Origin: a virus
Lineage: Duplodnaviria; Heunggongvirae; Uroviricota; Caudoviricetes
Length of the DNA stretch: 35,877 nucleotides
Direction: 5' to 3' (one strand)
Virus record (IMG/VR): IMGVR_UViG_3300029888_000103
Shown: one piece after another, positions 1-10,144 of the stretch
Layout of the letters: the number at the start of each line of letters is the position of its first letter
Position numbering within the stretch: position 1 is the first letter of the stretch
Made by a program: the position numbers and the translations under genes
Notes under the pieces: generated by a model
Database searches by the model: none
Seen by the model: only the letters and a program-made list of their open reading frames with translations
What the model was told of the DNA's origin: nothing

Positions 1-258
1 ATGCAAACCGTTATTTTTGGTCGTCCGGGTTGCCCTTACTGTGTGCGTGCAAAAGATCTGGCCGAGAAATTGAGCAATGAGCGCGATGATTTCCAGTATC
101 AGTATGTAGATATTCGTGCGGAAGGGATCACTAAAGAAGATCTACAACAAAAGGCAGGTAAACCCGTAGAAACCGTGCCGCAGATTTTTGTCGATCAGCA
201 ACATATCGGCGGCTATACCGATTTTGCTGCATGGGTGAAAGAGAATCTGGACGCCTGA
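1..258 (+). CDS. grxA: glutaredoxin 1
   Basis: 85-aa ORF with the CPYC active-site motif (GRPGCPYCVRAK); full-length match to E. coli GrxA as I recall it; TGA stop at 256-258. Confidence 0.93.
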   Translation: MQTVIFGRPGCPYCVRAKDLAEKLSNERDDFQYQYVDIRAEGITKEDLQQKAGKPVETVPQIFVDQQHIGGYTDFAAWVKENLDA

Positions 259-268
259 TCGTCTGACA

Positions 269-300
269 AGCCCTCGCGTTGAGGGCTTTATTGATTTTTT
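269..300 (+). terminator. intrinsic terminator downstream of grxA
   Basis: Inverted repeat AGCCCTC-gcgtt-GAGGGCT followed by a T-rich run (ttattgatttttt), directly after the grxA stop. Confidence 0.6.
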
Positions 301-665
301 CTGTGCTGTGGTTTAAACAAGCTACTGATAAATAAGAAACACAATGCCCCCAGCGCACACCAGAACACCGCACTTAATAACCATGCCAGCTCTTGCCAGA
401 ATGAGCGCGTCGGTGAAAAAAACAGCCGCATAATGAGCATCGAACAGGGTGCCGCCAGCATTGCGCCAAACAGAGGTTTCAGGACTTCTCTACGATGTGA
501 AAAGAAGCTGGCAACTGCACCAGGAAGAATGAAAAATAGCAAACCGATTTCAGGATGCCCGGCAGCCCGAAAAGCGCCTTTCATGTGCGTCGCCAGAAAA
601 AGACACACCACAATGAAGAGGACAAAACAGCAGATTGCCCCCGCCCAACGTTGTTTATGTTTCAC
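288..665 (-). CDS. ybjM: inner membrane protein YbjM
   Basis: 125-aa hydrophobic ORF located between grxA and ybjL, the position and size of E. coli YbjM. Confidence 0.8.
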   Translation of the reverse strand: MKHKQRWAGAICCFVLFIVVCLFLATHMKGAFRAAGHPEIGLLFFILPGAVASFFSHRREVLKPLFGAMLAAPCSMLIMRLFFSPTRSFWQELAWLLSAVFWCALGALCFLFISSLFKPQHRKNQ

Positions 666-934
666 TCGTTCCTCCTGACACTGCGTCTATCGAACACATT
701 TTTCGCCAGTGTGGCGTTCAGTAAGATAAAGCCGCTTCGCATTCCATGCTAATATAGGCCAACGCAATTCATATAGCCGTTGATACCTAATGTGATTACA
801 CTAGTAAAATATATTGTTACTTTACTATCGTTTAGGTGCGCTGAATGAATCTGCGCCCTGAATTCTGGTAAAAAACATTATCGTAAATTACCATTTCTTT
901 CAACAGCTTACTAGTAAACAAGAAGTTAGCCTCC

Positions 935-2620
935 GTGAATATAAACGTCGCCGAATTGTTAAATGGGAATTACATTCTGTTATTATTTGTGGTCCTCGCG
1001 CTTGGGCTATGTCTCGGGAAATTACGACTTGGTTCGATCCAACTGGGTAATTCCATTGGCGTTTTAGTCGTATCGCTGTTATTAGGCCAACAACATTTCA
1101 GCATTAACACCGACGCGCTTAATCTTGGCTTTATGCTGTTTATTTTCTGCGTCGGGGTCGAAGCCGGACCGAACTTTTTTTCCATTTTTTTTCGCGATGG
1201 GAAAAATTACCTAATGTTAGCACTGGTGATGGTTGGCAGTGCGCTGGTGATCGCCTTAGGGTTAGGTAAGCTGTTTGGCTGGGATATTGGCCTGACGGCC
1301 GGTATGTTAGCTGGCTCTATGACGTCGACACCGGTTCTGGTCGGTGCTGGCGATACACTGCGTCATTCCGGCATGGAAAGCAGGCAGCTCTCACTGGCAC
1401 TGGATAATCTGAGCCTCGGGTATGCCTTAACCTATTTAATCGGTCTGGTGAGTTTGATTGTTGGTGCGCGTTACTTGCCGAAATTGCAGCATCAGGACTT
1501 ACAGACCAGCGCCCAGCAAATCGCCCGCGAACGTGGCCTGGACACTGATGCCAACCGTAAGGTTTATTTACCGGTGATCCGCGCCTACCGCGTCGGCCCG
1601 GAGCTGGTGGCCTGGACCGACGGCAAAAATCTGCGTGAACTGGGTATTTATCGACAAACTGGCTGCTACATTGAACGTATTCGACGTAACGGGATTCTGG
1701 CGAATCCAGACGGTGATGCTGTGCTACAAATGGGCGATGAAATAGCGTTGGTAGGCTATCCCGACGCCCACGCACGACTCGATCCCAGCTTCCGTAACGG
1801 CAAAGAAGTTTTCGATCGTGACCTTCTCGACATGCGTATCGTCACTGAAGAAGTGGTCGTTAAAAACCATAACGCCGTGGGCAAACGTCTCGCACAACTG
1901 AAGTTGACCGATCACGGTTGCTTCCTTAACCGCGTCATTCGTAGCCAGATTGAGATGCCGATAGATGACAACGTCGTGCTTAACAAAGGTGACGTTTTAC
2001 AAGTCAGCGGCGATGCCCGTCGCGTAAAAACCATCGCCGATCGCATCGGCTTTATCTCGATTCACAGCCAGGTCACTGACTTGCTGGCATTCTGCGCCTT
2101 CTTTGTTATTGGGCTGATGATCGGGATGATCACCTTCCAGTTCAGCACATTCAGTTTCGGCATGGGGAACGCTGCCGGGTTGTTATTCGCCGGAATTATG
2201 CTGGGATTTATGCGCGCTAACCACCCGACCTTCGGTTACATTCCGCAGGGTGCATTAAGCATGGTGAAAGAGTTCGGCTTAATGGTGTTTATGGCAGGCG
2301 TTGGTCTGAGCGCCGGTAGCGGTATTAATAACGGCCTGGGCGCGATTGGCGGTCAGATGTTGATTGCCGGATTGATTGTCAGTCTTGTGCCAGTGGTTAT
2401 CTGTTTCTTGTTCGGTGCTTATGTATTGCGAATGAACCGCGCACTGTTGTTCGGCGCAATGATGGGCGCACGCACCTGCGCGCCGGCAATGGAGATCATC
2501 AGTGATACAGCTCGCAGTAACATCCCGGCGCTGGGCTATGCGGGCACCTATGCAATCGCCAACGTCCTGCTGACGCTGGCAGGGACAATCATCGTCATGG
2601 TATGGCCAGGATTAGGATAA
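935..2620 (+). CDS. ybjL: putative transporter YbjL (AAE/YidE-YbjL family)
   Basis: 561-aa ORF with hydrophobic N- and C-terminal membrane domains flanking a soluble central region; size and neighbourhood match E. coli YbjL. Confidence 0.88.
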
Positions 2621-2732
2621 AACTGAAGTTGCCCTGAAAATGAAATTTTTTTGCACAACCGCAGAACTTTTCCGCAGGGCATCAGTCTTAATTAGTGCCA
2701 CTGCTTTTCTTTGATGTCCCCATTTTGTGGAG

Positions 2733-2779
2733 CCCATCAACCCCGCCATTTCGGTTCAAGGTTGATGGGTTTTTTGTTG
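2733..2779 (+). terminator. intrinsic terminator between ybjL and the prophage end
   Basis: 10-bp perfect stem CCCATCAACC...GGTTGATGGG followed by TTTTTTGTTG. Confidence 0.6.
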
Positions 2780-2855
2780 CCTGAAATTTAAGCTGTTTAA
2801 ATTCATGATGTTAGAAACACTGTTTTTTAATGATGGCGACAAAATGGCGGCAGCG

Positions 2856-3074
2856 TCAAAGAGAGAGCGCCACCTGTCCTGATTTCATTGGATGCGGCTG
2901 AACCGGATTTGACTCTTTTGGCGTTGCAATCGAACGAACAAAAGTTTCATGGGTAACAAAAGTATGGCTGCAGTTAATGTTCTGGCACTGGTTGTAACGC
3001 TCTTTGGTCAATGAAGATACCTGAAAACTGCTGCGAGTATGGGCGGCACTTCCACACAGTGGGCAAATCATCAT
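2856..3074 (-). CDS. ogr: late-gene transcriptional activator (Ogr/Delta/B zinc-finger family)
   Basis: About 72 aa beginning MMICPLCGSAAHTRSS...YNQCQNINCSHTF, the Cys4 motif of P2 Ogr; GGGGAGA Shine-Dalgarno upstream of the ATG pair at 3074/3071. The ORF-track start at 3107 is a GTG and probably an over-extension. Confidence 0.85.
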   Translation of the reverse strand: MMICPLCGSAAHTRSSFQVSSLTKERYNQCQNINCSHTFVTHETFVRSIATPKESNPVQPHPMKSGQVALSL

Positions 3075-3164
3075 TTTTCGAGTTCTCCCCATTTTTGCTA
3101 AATTCACAATAATGATACCGCATTATTCCATTTTGCAAACTTAAAAGTTCTCCATTGCGAAGAA

Positions 3165-4265
3165 TCATTCCATTTCGAAATCATCAATCCTCACTTCAAG
3201 CTCCAGACTGGTTGTAAAACCGTTATCGGGGCTGACGGTATGCGTCAGAGTCGTAATGGTCCATTCCGCATCATCTATCGGCTGTTTAAAGCCACTGACT
3301 TTCACTGGCATTTCCGTGTAGAGATCTGCCCGACCTTCTGCCAGTTGTAGCGAGAATGACGCAACGCCGCGTTGCAGGCGTTCCCACTGCATTTTCGCCG
3401 CCCGTTCGGCGTTGCTCCGGTTGGCATAGGTGCGATTAAGTACCAGCACGTTTTCATCTGTACCCACCAGGTAATCGCCCTGCTTCGCTTCCGGCTCTTT
3501 CTTCTGCTTCTTAGTCCTGCGCTTACGCTTCACCGTGGTACTTTCTTTCTTCGCAGGTTCGCGGGTATGCAACCAGCTGGCAATTACGCCCGTGTAGGCT
3601 CCGCGATCTGCCAGGGTAAAGCGGTGACTGTCGCCGTCCTTGCGTGTGATAGTGATCACTGGCAGTGGTTTACCAGTGGCGTTTTTGCCCTGCCCCTGCC
3701 GGATGAATAACAGATTGCCATTTTTCACCGACGCGATGGCACCGTACTGTCGCGCCAGCCGCATCAGAAAACTGCCGTCACTCTCATTAGTCTGGTCTAT
3801 ATGCTCCACGGGTTTATCTGACAGGTCTTTACCCAGTGCCATCTTCAGCTTGTGCCGCGCGGCTATTTCCTTCACCACTTCCCCGACGGTGGTCTTATGC
3901 CACGATTTTTCACGGCGGGTATTCAACGTTTCCCGAAAATCAGCACTTCGCGCCCGGATAGTCAGGCGGTCCGGTGCGCCAGTGTGTTCAATCTCGTCCA
4001 CTGTGAATGCCCCTTTAGGGAAAAGCGGCTGCCCCTTCCAACCCAGCGCCAGCGTAATGACCGCACCACGGCGCGGCAGCACGATTTTTCCGTCAGCGTC
4101 GTCCAGCTCCAGATCAAGCTGGTCCGCTTCAAAGCCCCGGTTATCCGTCAGCGTCAAACTCATCAGGCGGTTATCCAGCACAGTGGTGATATCCCTGCCC
4201 TCAATACTGATGCTGAATGCGGGAGTTTTGTTGCCTTTGTTAAGCAGTTCAGAGCTGAAATTCAC
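3165..4265 (-). CDS. D: tail protein gpD
   Basis: 366 aa; position (between ogr and U) and length fit P2 gpD; start overlaps the U stop. Confidence 0.88.
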   Translation of the reverse strand: MNFSSELLNKGNKTPAFSISIEGRDITTVLDNRLMSLTLTDNRGFEADQLDLELDDADGKIVLPRRGAVITLALGWKGQPLFPKGAFTVDEIEHTGAPDRLTIRARSADFRETLNTRREKSWHKTTVGEVVKEIAARHKLKMALGKDLSDKPVEHIDQTNESDGSFLMRLARQYGAIASVKNGNLLFIRQGQGKNATGKPLPVITITRKDGDSHRFTLADRGAYTGVIASWLHTREPAKKESTTVKRKRRTKKQKKEPEAKQGDYLVGTDENVLVLNRTYANRSNAERAAKMQWERLQRGVASFSLQLAEGRADLYTEMPVKVSGFKQPIDDAEWTITTLTHTVSPDNGFTTSLELEVRIDDFEME

Positions 4266-4747
4266 GACAGCAGCCCTCCCACCGTTTTACTGATATCGCT
4301 TAAGGCAGACGTTGCCGTGTCCTGCAGATTATTCAGTTGCGCACTGAGATCACCGAACATATCGGACAGGGATTCATCCACTCGTTTGAGCGACAGGGTG
4401 AACTCAATCCGGCGCGGCATACCGTCGCGGAAAAACTCCGTTTTAGTCTGATTCAGTCCCTCAATCACATACATGCCGTAAATCGTGCCGCTGCCTTCAA
4501 TCAGGGGCCATGCTTTCCCCTGTTCTGCCATCTGCTCCAGTGCCAGCAACGACAGCCTGCCGCCTGTTATCTCCGGCATAAGAACACCGGAAAGCGTCAG
4601 CATGTCGTTTTCCGGTCCCAGAAACTGCGTGGACGGACGTCGGTTTACCCGACTGTTTGCCGCATGTCGCCAGCTGCGTTGATACTGCAGTTCCTGATAC
4701 GGAACGGTGCGCAGCATAAACACGTACAATCCCAGCACCATCATCAT
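4262..4747 (-). CDS. U: tail protein gpU
   Basis: 161 aa; P2 gpU position between D and T, with overlapping stop/start codons at both ends. Confidence 0.85.
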   Translation of the reverse strand: MMMVLGLYVFMLRTVPYQELQYQRSWRHAANSRVNRRPSTQFLGPENDMLTLSGVLMPEITGGRLSLLALEQMAEQGKAWPLIEGSGTIYGMYVIEGLNQTKTEFFRDGMPRRIEFTLSLKRVDESLSDMFGDLSAQLNNLQDTATSALSDISKTVGGLLS

Positions 4748-7700
4748 GCGTCGTATCCCCCCTGATCGCTGTAGTTACTCCTGGCTTTTGCCTTCAGCCT
4801 GCGTTCACGTTCATCAAGCTGGCGTGCCACCTCCCGCGCAATATCCTGCGCACTTTGTCCTGGCTGCGTCTGAATGATGATCTGCATCGGTGCCTCAATC
4901 CGTTGAACGGGCGGCACAGTGGCTGCGCGACTCACAATTGCTTCTCCACCTTTCGCGGGAAGTGCCAAAGGGTGCAACGGTGGAAGCTCTGCTGGCGCGG
5001 CAGCAACGCCCATCATTCCGGCAACAACGGCAGCCAGTGCAGCTGTATTTCTCCGGCTGGTCACATTTGCCGGGCCGTTAACAATTTCCGGCCCGTTTTC
5101 ACCGACGATGCCAAACTGCCCGCGCGGGATATACCCGCCGCTGTCATACATCCCCGCAAAGCCATATCCCCATGATGGAAAACCACCCGATGGCATCATC
5201 ACTTTACCGTCTGCATTCACCGTCGCAGGTTGCTGACGCGTCACGCTTTCCGGCAGTTTTGCCTTTGCGGCCTCTTTACTGACAATGCCGAGCTTCTCCA
5301 GCAACCAGGAAACGCCGGATTTCAGGGAGTCCAGCGGATGCATGACCATATTCAGCCCTTCCGCCAGTGCCTCCCCGAATCGCCGCCCCATTGCCGCTGC
5401 ACTCTGCAGTTCGGCAGAGGTCGACTTAACGGGCGTCAGCAGATCAGTAAACCAGCCCCACAGCGCCTGTACTTTGTCGCCAATCCACTGGAACACGGGC
5501 TTAAGCGGTTCGAATGCTGCACTGACGGGACCTGCCGCCGCTTTGAATCCTTCCACCACGCCACCAAGAAATGCGGTGATGGGTTGCCAGTATTTCCAGA
5601 CAACCAGCGCCACGCCCGCCAGTGCAGTAACCACAAGACCTATCGGACTGAGCAGAGCACCTAACAGACCAGATACGGCATACAAGGCAACGCGCAGCAT
5701 CGCCAGTGGACCAGATGCCAGTACTCGCAGCACCGTGCCTGCGGCGACCAGTCCACCGCGCAGTACCGCCAGAGGATTCATAAACATCACAGCAACAGCA
5801 CGTAAACCGGATAATCCAGACCGCAAAAGTGCAACCGGCGCACCTGCTACAGTTTTCAGGACATTTCCCGTCAGTGATGCCGTGCGGCGCAAAGATGACA
5901 ACGGTGCAGTAAGTAAACCCGCAGCGTTGCCCGATGAAGCAAGCCCGCGTCGCAGCAGTACCAGTGGTGCGCCAGCCAGCCAGGACAACGCGCTGCTGGT
6001 TCGAGTTACTGCTGCCGTAACGGAAGGTAACGTTTTGATACCCAGCACAGAGAATCCCAGACGGATCACTGCCAGCGGCCCCAGCACTGCAGCCAGCGCC
6101 ACCGCTAAGGTGCCGAGGCCGACGGTCACCGCAGCCACAACAGCCGATGCTTTCATCAGTGTGCCTGTCAGTTCCGGGTTAGCTTCCACCCAGCGACGCA
6201 ACACCCCCGTGACGCTTTTCACCGTGTACAGAATATCCATCAGCGGCTGGCGCAGCGTTTCGCCCAGGCTGCTGAAGGTGTTCTGCGCTCCGGTTTTGAC
6301 CAGCAACCACTGCGCAGAAAGTGAATCCTTGTTAATGTCGGATTCTTTCTGCATGGAGCCGAGCGCATCATTGCCCGCTGTCAGTTTTAACTGACGCTGC
6401 AGTTCCGGCAGGTTGTTTGCCAGTTTCGCCGCGTCATCGCCAAACTCTTTACCAAACAACATAGTCATGGCAGACAGGCGCTTGTCCTGCGGCAGCGCGT
6501 TCACCTTCTCCAGCACGCGCTGGATGGTTCCCATCGCATCCTTCGTCATCTGCTTTTCAATCACTTCAGGATTGAGTTTCAGCAGATTCATCCCTTCAAA
6601 GAAACTCTTGCTTTGCATGGTGGCAATGGACAATTCACGCACCATCGCGTTTGCTGCACTGGCTGCAACCTCCGGCGCAGCACCCAGAGTCAGGAAGGTG
6701 GAACCCAGCGCCGCCGCTTTACGATAATCCAGACGGTCAGCCACACCGCCCAGACGTTGCATAACATCGATGATGTCTGCCCCTTTCGACATGGCGTTAT
6801 CATCCAGATAGTTCAGCGCATCACCGAGCTGTTCAATATTGCGGGTAGGTATTTTGTAGAGCTGGGCGATTTTTCCCAGACTTTCTGACAGTTCATCCGC
6901 TGGCAGCTCAAAGGCTGTTGCCGCCTTCGCCGCCGTACTGGCGAAGGCCAGCAGGTCACGTTTCTGGTCTTCCCAGCTGTCGTCAGGGTTTGCGACATTC
7001 ATACGCGCACCACCTTCAACCAGTGCAGCGAAGTCCACCGCACCGTTTTCCATCGGCAACTGTTCGCTGGCAGCCTTGATGGCATCCTGCATTTCATAAA
7101 AACGTGCAGTGCGGTTGCCATTATCGTCACGCAGACCATTGACCTGCTTTGCCACACCTTTCATGGCATCTTCCATGCTGGTATAGCTTTTTACTGCTGC
7201 CATCACTGGCGCACCCATTGCCAGCCCTGCAGCCGTAGTAGTGGCTCCGGCTCCTGCGATGCGATCGCGCACCTCCAGCGAACGGGCATAACTGGCACGC
7301 GCTGCATTCATCCTGCGCTGAGCTTCCCCCAGTCGCTTCAGCCGCGCCTCCTGTTTCGACAATTCCTGGTTATAACGTGATGTTTCACGGGCTAAACGGG
7401 CAGTAGCTCCCGCATCATCTTTCGCAGAAATTCCCGTCCGGTACAGTTCTGCACGCACAAGCGCCGTTTGCTTCTGCAAATATTTTTGTTGTTCTTCCAG
7501 GCGTTGGACTGCCAGCGTTTGCCGACCTAAAGCCACAAGGTGCCGTTGTGATGGTTGTTCCATCGCTTCCAGCTCAGAACTAAGCAAATTTGCCTTCTGT
7601 CTGGCATAGTTCAGCCTGTCGCCTAACTTTTTGTTATCGGCCTGCAGCTTGCGAAATTTTTCCAGGCTGTTACCCGCCTGATTGAGTTGCTTTAATGCGT

Positions 7701-7821
7701 CACGGGAGTTTCTGATTGCGCCAGCCAGCTCTTTCGAACTGGCCTGTGCAGCACGGAATGGGCGGGTGAGTTTGTCAACCGCATTAAGAATGACCTGCAG
7801 GCGCAGGTTATTATCACTCAT
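4744..7821 (-). CDS. T: tail tape measure protein gpT
   Basis: 1025 aa; N-terminal coiled-coil region then long Ala/Gly/Leu-rich segment typical of tape measure proteins; sits downstream of E/E'. Confidence 0.9.
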   Translation of the reverse strand: MSDNNLRLQVILNAVDKLTRPFRAAQASSKELAGAIRNSRDALKQLNQAGNSLEKFRKLQADNKKLGDRLNYARQKANLLSSELEAMEQPSQRHLVALGRQTLAVQRLEEQQKYLQKQTALVRAELYRTGISAKDDAGATARLARETSRYNQELSKQEARLKRLGEAQRRMNAARASYARSLEVRDRIAGAGATTTAAGLAMGAPVMAAVKSYTSMEDAMKGVAKQVNGLRDDNGNRTARFYEMQDAIKAASEQLPMENGAVDFAALVEGGARMNVANPDDSWEDQKRDLLAFASTAAKAATAFELPADELSESLGKIAQLYKIPTRNIEQLGDALNYLDDNAMSKGADIIDVMQRLGGVADRLDYRKAAALGSTFLTLGAAPEVAASAANAMVRELSIATMQSKSFFEGMNLLKLNPEVIEKQMTKDAMGTIQRVLEKVNALPQDKRLSAMTMLFGKEFGDDAAKLANNLPELQRQLKLTAGNDALGSMQKESDINKDSLSAQWLLVKTGAQNTFSSLGETLRQPLMDILYTVKSVTGVLRRWVEANPELTGTLMKASAVVAAVTVGLGTLAVALAAVLGPLAVIRLGFSVLGIKTLPSVTAAVTRTSSALSWLAGAPLVLLRRGLASSGNAAGLLTAPLSSLRRTASLTGNVLKTVAGAPVALLRSGLSGLRAVAVMFMNPLAVLRGGLVAAGTVLRVLASGPLAMLRVALYAVSGLLGALLSPIGLVVTALAGVALVVWKYWQPITAFLGGVVEGFKAAAGPVSAAFEPLKPVFQWIGDKVQALWGWFTDLLTPVKSTSAELQSAAAMGRRFGEALAEGLNMVMHPLDSLKSGVSWLLEKLGIVSKEAAKAKLPESVTRQQPATVNADGKVMMPSGGFPSWGYGFAGMYDSGGYIPRGQFGIVGENGPEIVNGPANVTSRRNTAALAAVVAGMMGVAAAPAELPPLHPLALPAKGGEAIVSRAATVPPVQRIEAPMQIIIQTQPGQSAQDIAREVARQLDERERRLKAKARSNYSDQGGYDA

Positions 7822-8250
7822 CGTTGGCCCCGCTTCTCTGAATCGCTTTATACCGCCATTCCAGCACTTCGGTCAGCGGCATAACGTCAGTAACGGATGG
7901 CGGCCAGTGAAAGATGGTGGCGATATCAGCCACCAGATCGTCAACCGTCAGGCTGTCGGTAAACCGGCAAGCACCGACTTCTTCAACAAAAAAGTGACAA
8001 CCTCAACCGACATGGCAGTGAGATCTGCCGGGTCCATCTCTGCAATTTCCTGTGCAGTCAGTGCCGGACTGGAAATGCGGGGGATCACGGTCATCATCGC
8101 GTTAACATCCATATCCATAATGGCCTGCAGGCGTGTACCGCGCAGCGCACCGGACTGCGGTTTACGCAGCACAATTTCGGTAATTTCTGTTTTACCGCGC
8201 ATGATGGGGGTATCCAGTTGAATGGTCTTTTCAGTCTGCTTATCGCTCAT
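7814..8250 (-). CDS. E+E': gpE+E' fusion made by programmed -1 ribosomal frameshift
   Basis: Slippery site T TTT TTG (minus strand, + coordinates 7987-7993) in X XXY YYZ register with the E frame; the -1 frame stays open for about 57 codons (VEEVGACRFTDSLTVDDL...) and ends at a TGA overlapping the gpT ATG, giving about 145 aa, as for P2 E+E'. Confidence 0.65.
7948..8250 (-). CDS. E: tail assembly chaperone gpE
   Basis: 100-aa ORF between FII and T; contains the slippery heptamer T-TTT-TTG near its 3' end. Confidence 0.8.
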   Translation of the reverse strand: MSDKQTEKTIQLDTPIMRGKTEITEIVLRKPQSGALRGTRLQAIMDMDVNAMMTVIPRISSPALTAQEIAEMDPADLTAMSVEVVTFLLKKSVLAGLPTA

Positions 8251-8304
8251 TTTGTTGTCCTGTAAATTGGGTTCTGGCGCGGTATCCCGCGCCGTTCAGA
8301 TAGA

Positions 8305-8820
8305 TCAGAGGCCGAGGGCGTTGCGGTGCGCTTCCATCAGGTCCACACCGTCCACAATTTCCACCATGTTGATAAGGTCCACTTCATAGAGCACCTCACC
8401 ATTGATGGTCAGCTTCGCGTAGCTGTTGGTACTGGTCACTTTGGTGGTGTTGCTTTCGCCCGTCTTCCACTCACCGGAATCCACTTCTTTGTGACGTCCA
8501 CGCACCACAAGCTCCACGGCCTGCACTTCCCCGGTATCGTCACGCTGGATAGAGCCGGTAAAGCGCAACTGGATGCCATCCACCGTGGCTTTGCCCATCT
8601 GCTTAAACAGCAGCAGTTCAGTACCACCAATGGAAAATTCTGTGTCCAGCGCACTGTCATCAAGCCCCAGATCCACATCCACTGCCCCCGGCATTCCGCC
8701 GCCGCGATACTTCTCATATTTGCGGGTGAATTTCGGCAGCGTCAGCGACTCAACGATCCCCTGCCAGTTGTTCCCGTCGTTAAACAGGTTCAGGTGTTTT
8801 AATTTGCGTGGTAAAGCCAT
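8305..8820 (-). CDS. FII: tail tube protein gpFII
   Basis: 171-aa ORF immediately downstream of the sheath gene, the P2 FII position. Confidence 0.88.
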   Translation of the reverse strand: MALPRKLKHLNLFNDGNNWQGIVESLTLPKFTRKYEKYRGGGMPGAVDVDLGLDDSALDTEFSIGGTELLLFKQMGKATVDGIQLRFTGSIQRDDTGEVQAVELVVRGRHKEVDSGEWKTGESNTTKVTSTNSYAKLTINGEVLYEVDLINMVEIVDGVDLMEAHRNALGL

Positions 8821-8829
8821 GTTGTCCCC

Positions 8830-10002
8830 TTACGCGCTGACCTGGCTGGCGAAATTCACCAGGTACTGATCGGTGATGCGCTGACGCAGCATCAGATTTT
8901 CAAGTGGCGGCACTGGCGTGTAGTCGTAGTCGATCGTGAGTTTCCCGGCTTTCAGCGTGTCTTTGTCGTTCACCGACTCGTCCAGCCAGCAATCACCACC
9001 AATGAGATACCCCTGACTGACCAGGCTGCGCATTTTGGCGCGGATACCTTCGATAATGTCGCGAGCCAGCGACGGATTCAGCGGTTTGTCCACCGCCCAC
9101 ATGTGCGCTTCTGCCATCGTGTCCGTCAGTACCTGCGCGGTTCGGGTGTAGTTTTCGAAGGCAAAGAGCGGATCATCGCTCAGACAGCGGGAACCCCAGA
9201 AGCGGAAACCGTCTTTGCGGATAAGCGTGGTAACGTCGTTCTGGTTAAGCAGACCTGCATCGGTTGCCGGGTCCTGCAGATCCCAGAACACATCAGCAGA
9301 AATTCCGGTGACACCGTTCACGCCCACGTTGGACAGGCTTTTGTGCCATCCGGTCTGCTCATCAATTTTGGCGCGCAGACCGAGCGCACGGGCGGTGGCA
9401 TATGCCGTTGCTTCGGCATTCAGCACCGTGTCCCAGCCCGTAAAGTCAGGCCAGATCAGCATCCCTTCGCGCTGGCTGAAGTTTTCACGGTAAGAGATCG
9501 CCTCCTGTACCGTCTTGCAGCCATACGCTGACAGGTAAGCAAACCCACGCAGGCTTTGCGCCACGCTCAGCAACTCAGTCGCAACGGCTTTGTTATCGTG
9601 GCCTGGCACGCCGAGAATGCGCGGTTTAACGCCGAGCTGTGACTGGGCAGATAACAGGGCTTTCATACCTGTTTTTTTACCTTCAGCAGTCACTGCGCCG
9701 ATGATATTGGTCGTGGTTTCGTCTTCCGTTTCACCCTGCGGCACACGCACAACAACGGTCACGGGTTTTGCCTGGTCAGCGATGGCATCCAGCGAACGGG
9801 CCAGAGTACCGGACTCACCCGCTTTACCGCTGGCAGTCAGCACATCAGTGATCAGCACGGGTTTATTAAGAGGAAACATTTTTGCATCGGCATCATCGCC
9901 CGTGCAGACCATACCCACGATGGCGGTGCTCACCGTGGTAATGGATCGGGTGCCTTCGTTGACTTCAACAACGCGCACCCCGTGGTGGTAATCCTGAGCC
10001 AT
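8830..10002 (-). CDS. FI: contractile tail sheath protein gpFI
   Basis: 390-aa ORF; first gene of the FI-FII-E-T-U-D operon; length and position fit P2 gpFI. Confidence 0.9.
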   Translation of the reverse strand: MAQDYHHGVRVVEVNEGTRSITTVSTAIVGMVCTGDDADAKMFPLNKPVLITDVLTASGKAGESGTLARSLDAIADQAKPVTVVVRVPQGETEDETTTNIIGAVTAEGKKTGMKALLSAQSQLGVKPRILGVPGHDNKAVATELLSVAQSLRGFAYLSAYGCKTVQEAISYRENFSQREGMLIWPDFTGWDTVLNAEATAYATARALGLRAKIDEQTGWHKSLSNVGVNGVTGISADVFWDLQDPATDAGLLNQNDVTTLIRKDGFRFWGSRCLSDDPLFAFENYTRTAQVLTDTMAEAHMWAVDKPLNPSLARDIIEGIRAKMRSLVSQGYLIGGDCWLDESVNDKDTLKAGKLTIDYDYTPVPPLENLMLRQRITDQYLVNFASQVSA

Positions 10003-10078
10003 AGTGGCGAACCTCCTGATTGGATTAGGCTTCGCCCTATGTTGAAGTGATTGTGCCTGACAAACAGCTAAGCGCAGT

Positions 10079-10096
10079 TGTACCGTTATTCATACA
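10079..10096. promoter_or_regulatory. late-promoter activator site (TGT-N12-ACA) upstream of FI
   Basis: TGTaccgttattcatACA read directly, centred about 86 bp upstream of the FI ATG. Confidence 0.55.
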
Positions 10097-10144
10097 AAAT
10101 GACGGTATTTGTCTGCTTGCAGGGATAATCAACATAATGCTGAT

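Noticed and set aside
433-752. Plus-strand ORFs of 81 and 65 aa
   Set aside because: Overlap ybjM on the opposite strand; ybjM matches a known host membrane protein
2631-2680. Imperfect inverted repeat GCCCTGAAAA...TTTTCCGCAGGGC after ybjL
   Set aside because: The arms are only partially complementary with a long spacer; not convincing as a terminator or REP element
2621-2855. Possible tRNA or tmRNA integration target at the prophage junction
   Set aside because: No cloverleaf-compatible sequence or CCA-proximal T-arm motif could be recognised by eye; the only strong structure is a simple terminator hairpin
3372-4451. Plus-strand ORFs of 112, 217 and 199 aa
   Set aside because: Antisense to gpD and gpU, which have clear phage-family identity; no independent start signals
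5285-6394. 369-aa ORF on the plus strand, plus several other 60-190-aa plus-strand ORFs between 4855 and 6900
   Set aside because: They lie entirely antisense within the tape measure gene gpT; the Ser/Thr/Pro/Ala-rich low-complexity translations are typical shadow ORFs of a GC-rich repetitive gene, with no ribosome-binding context
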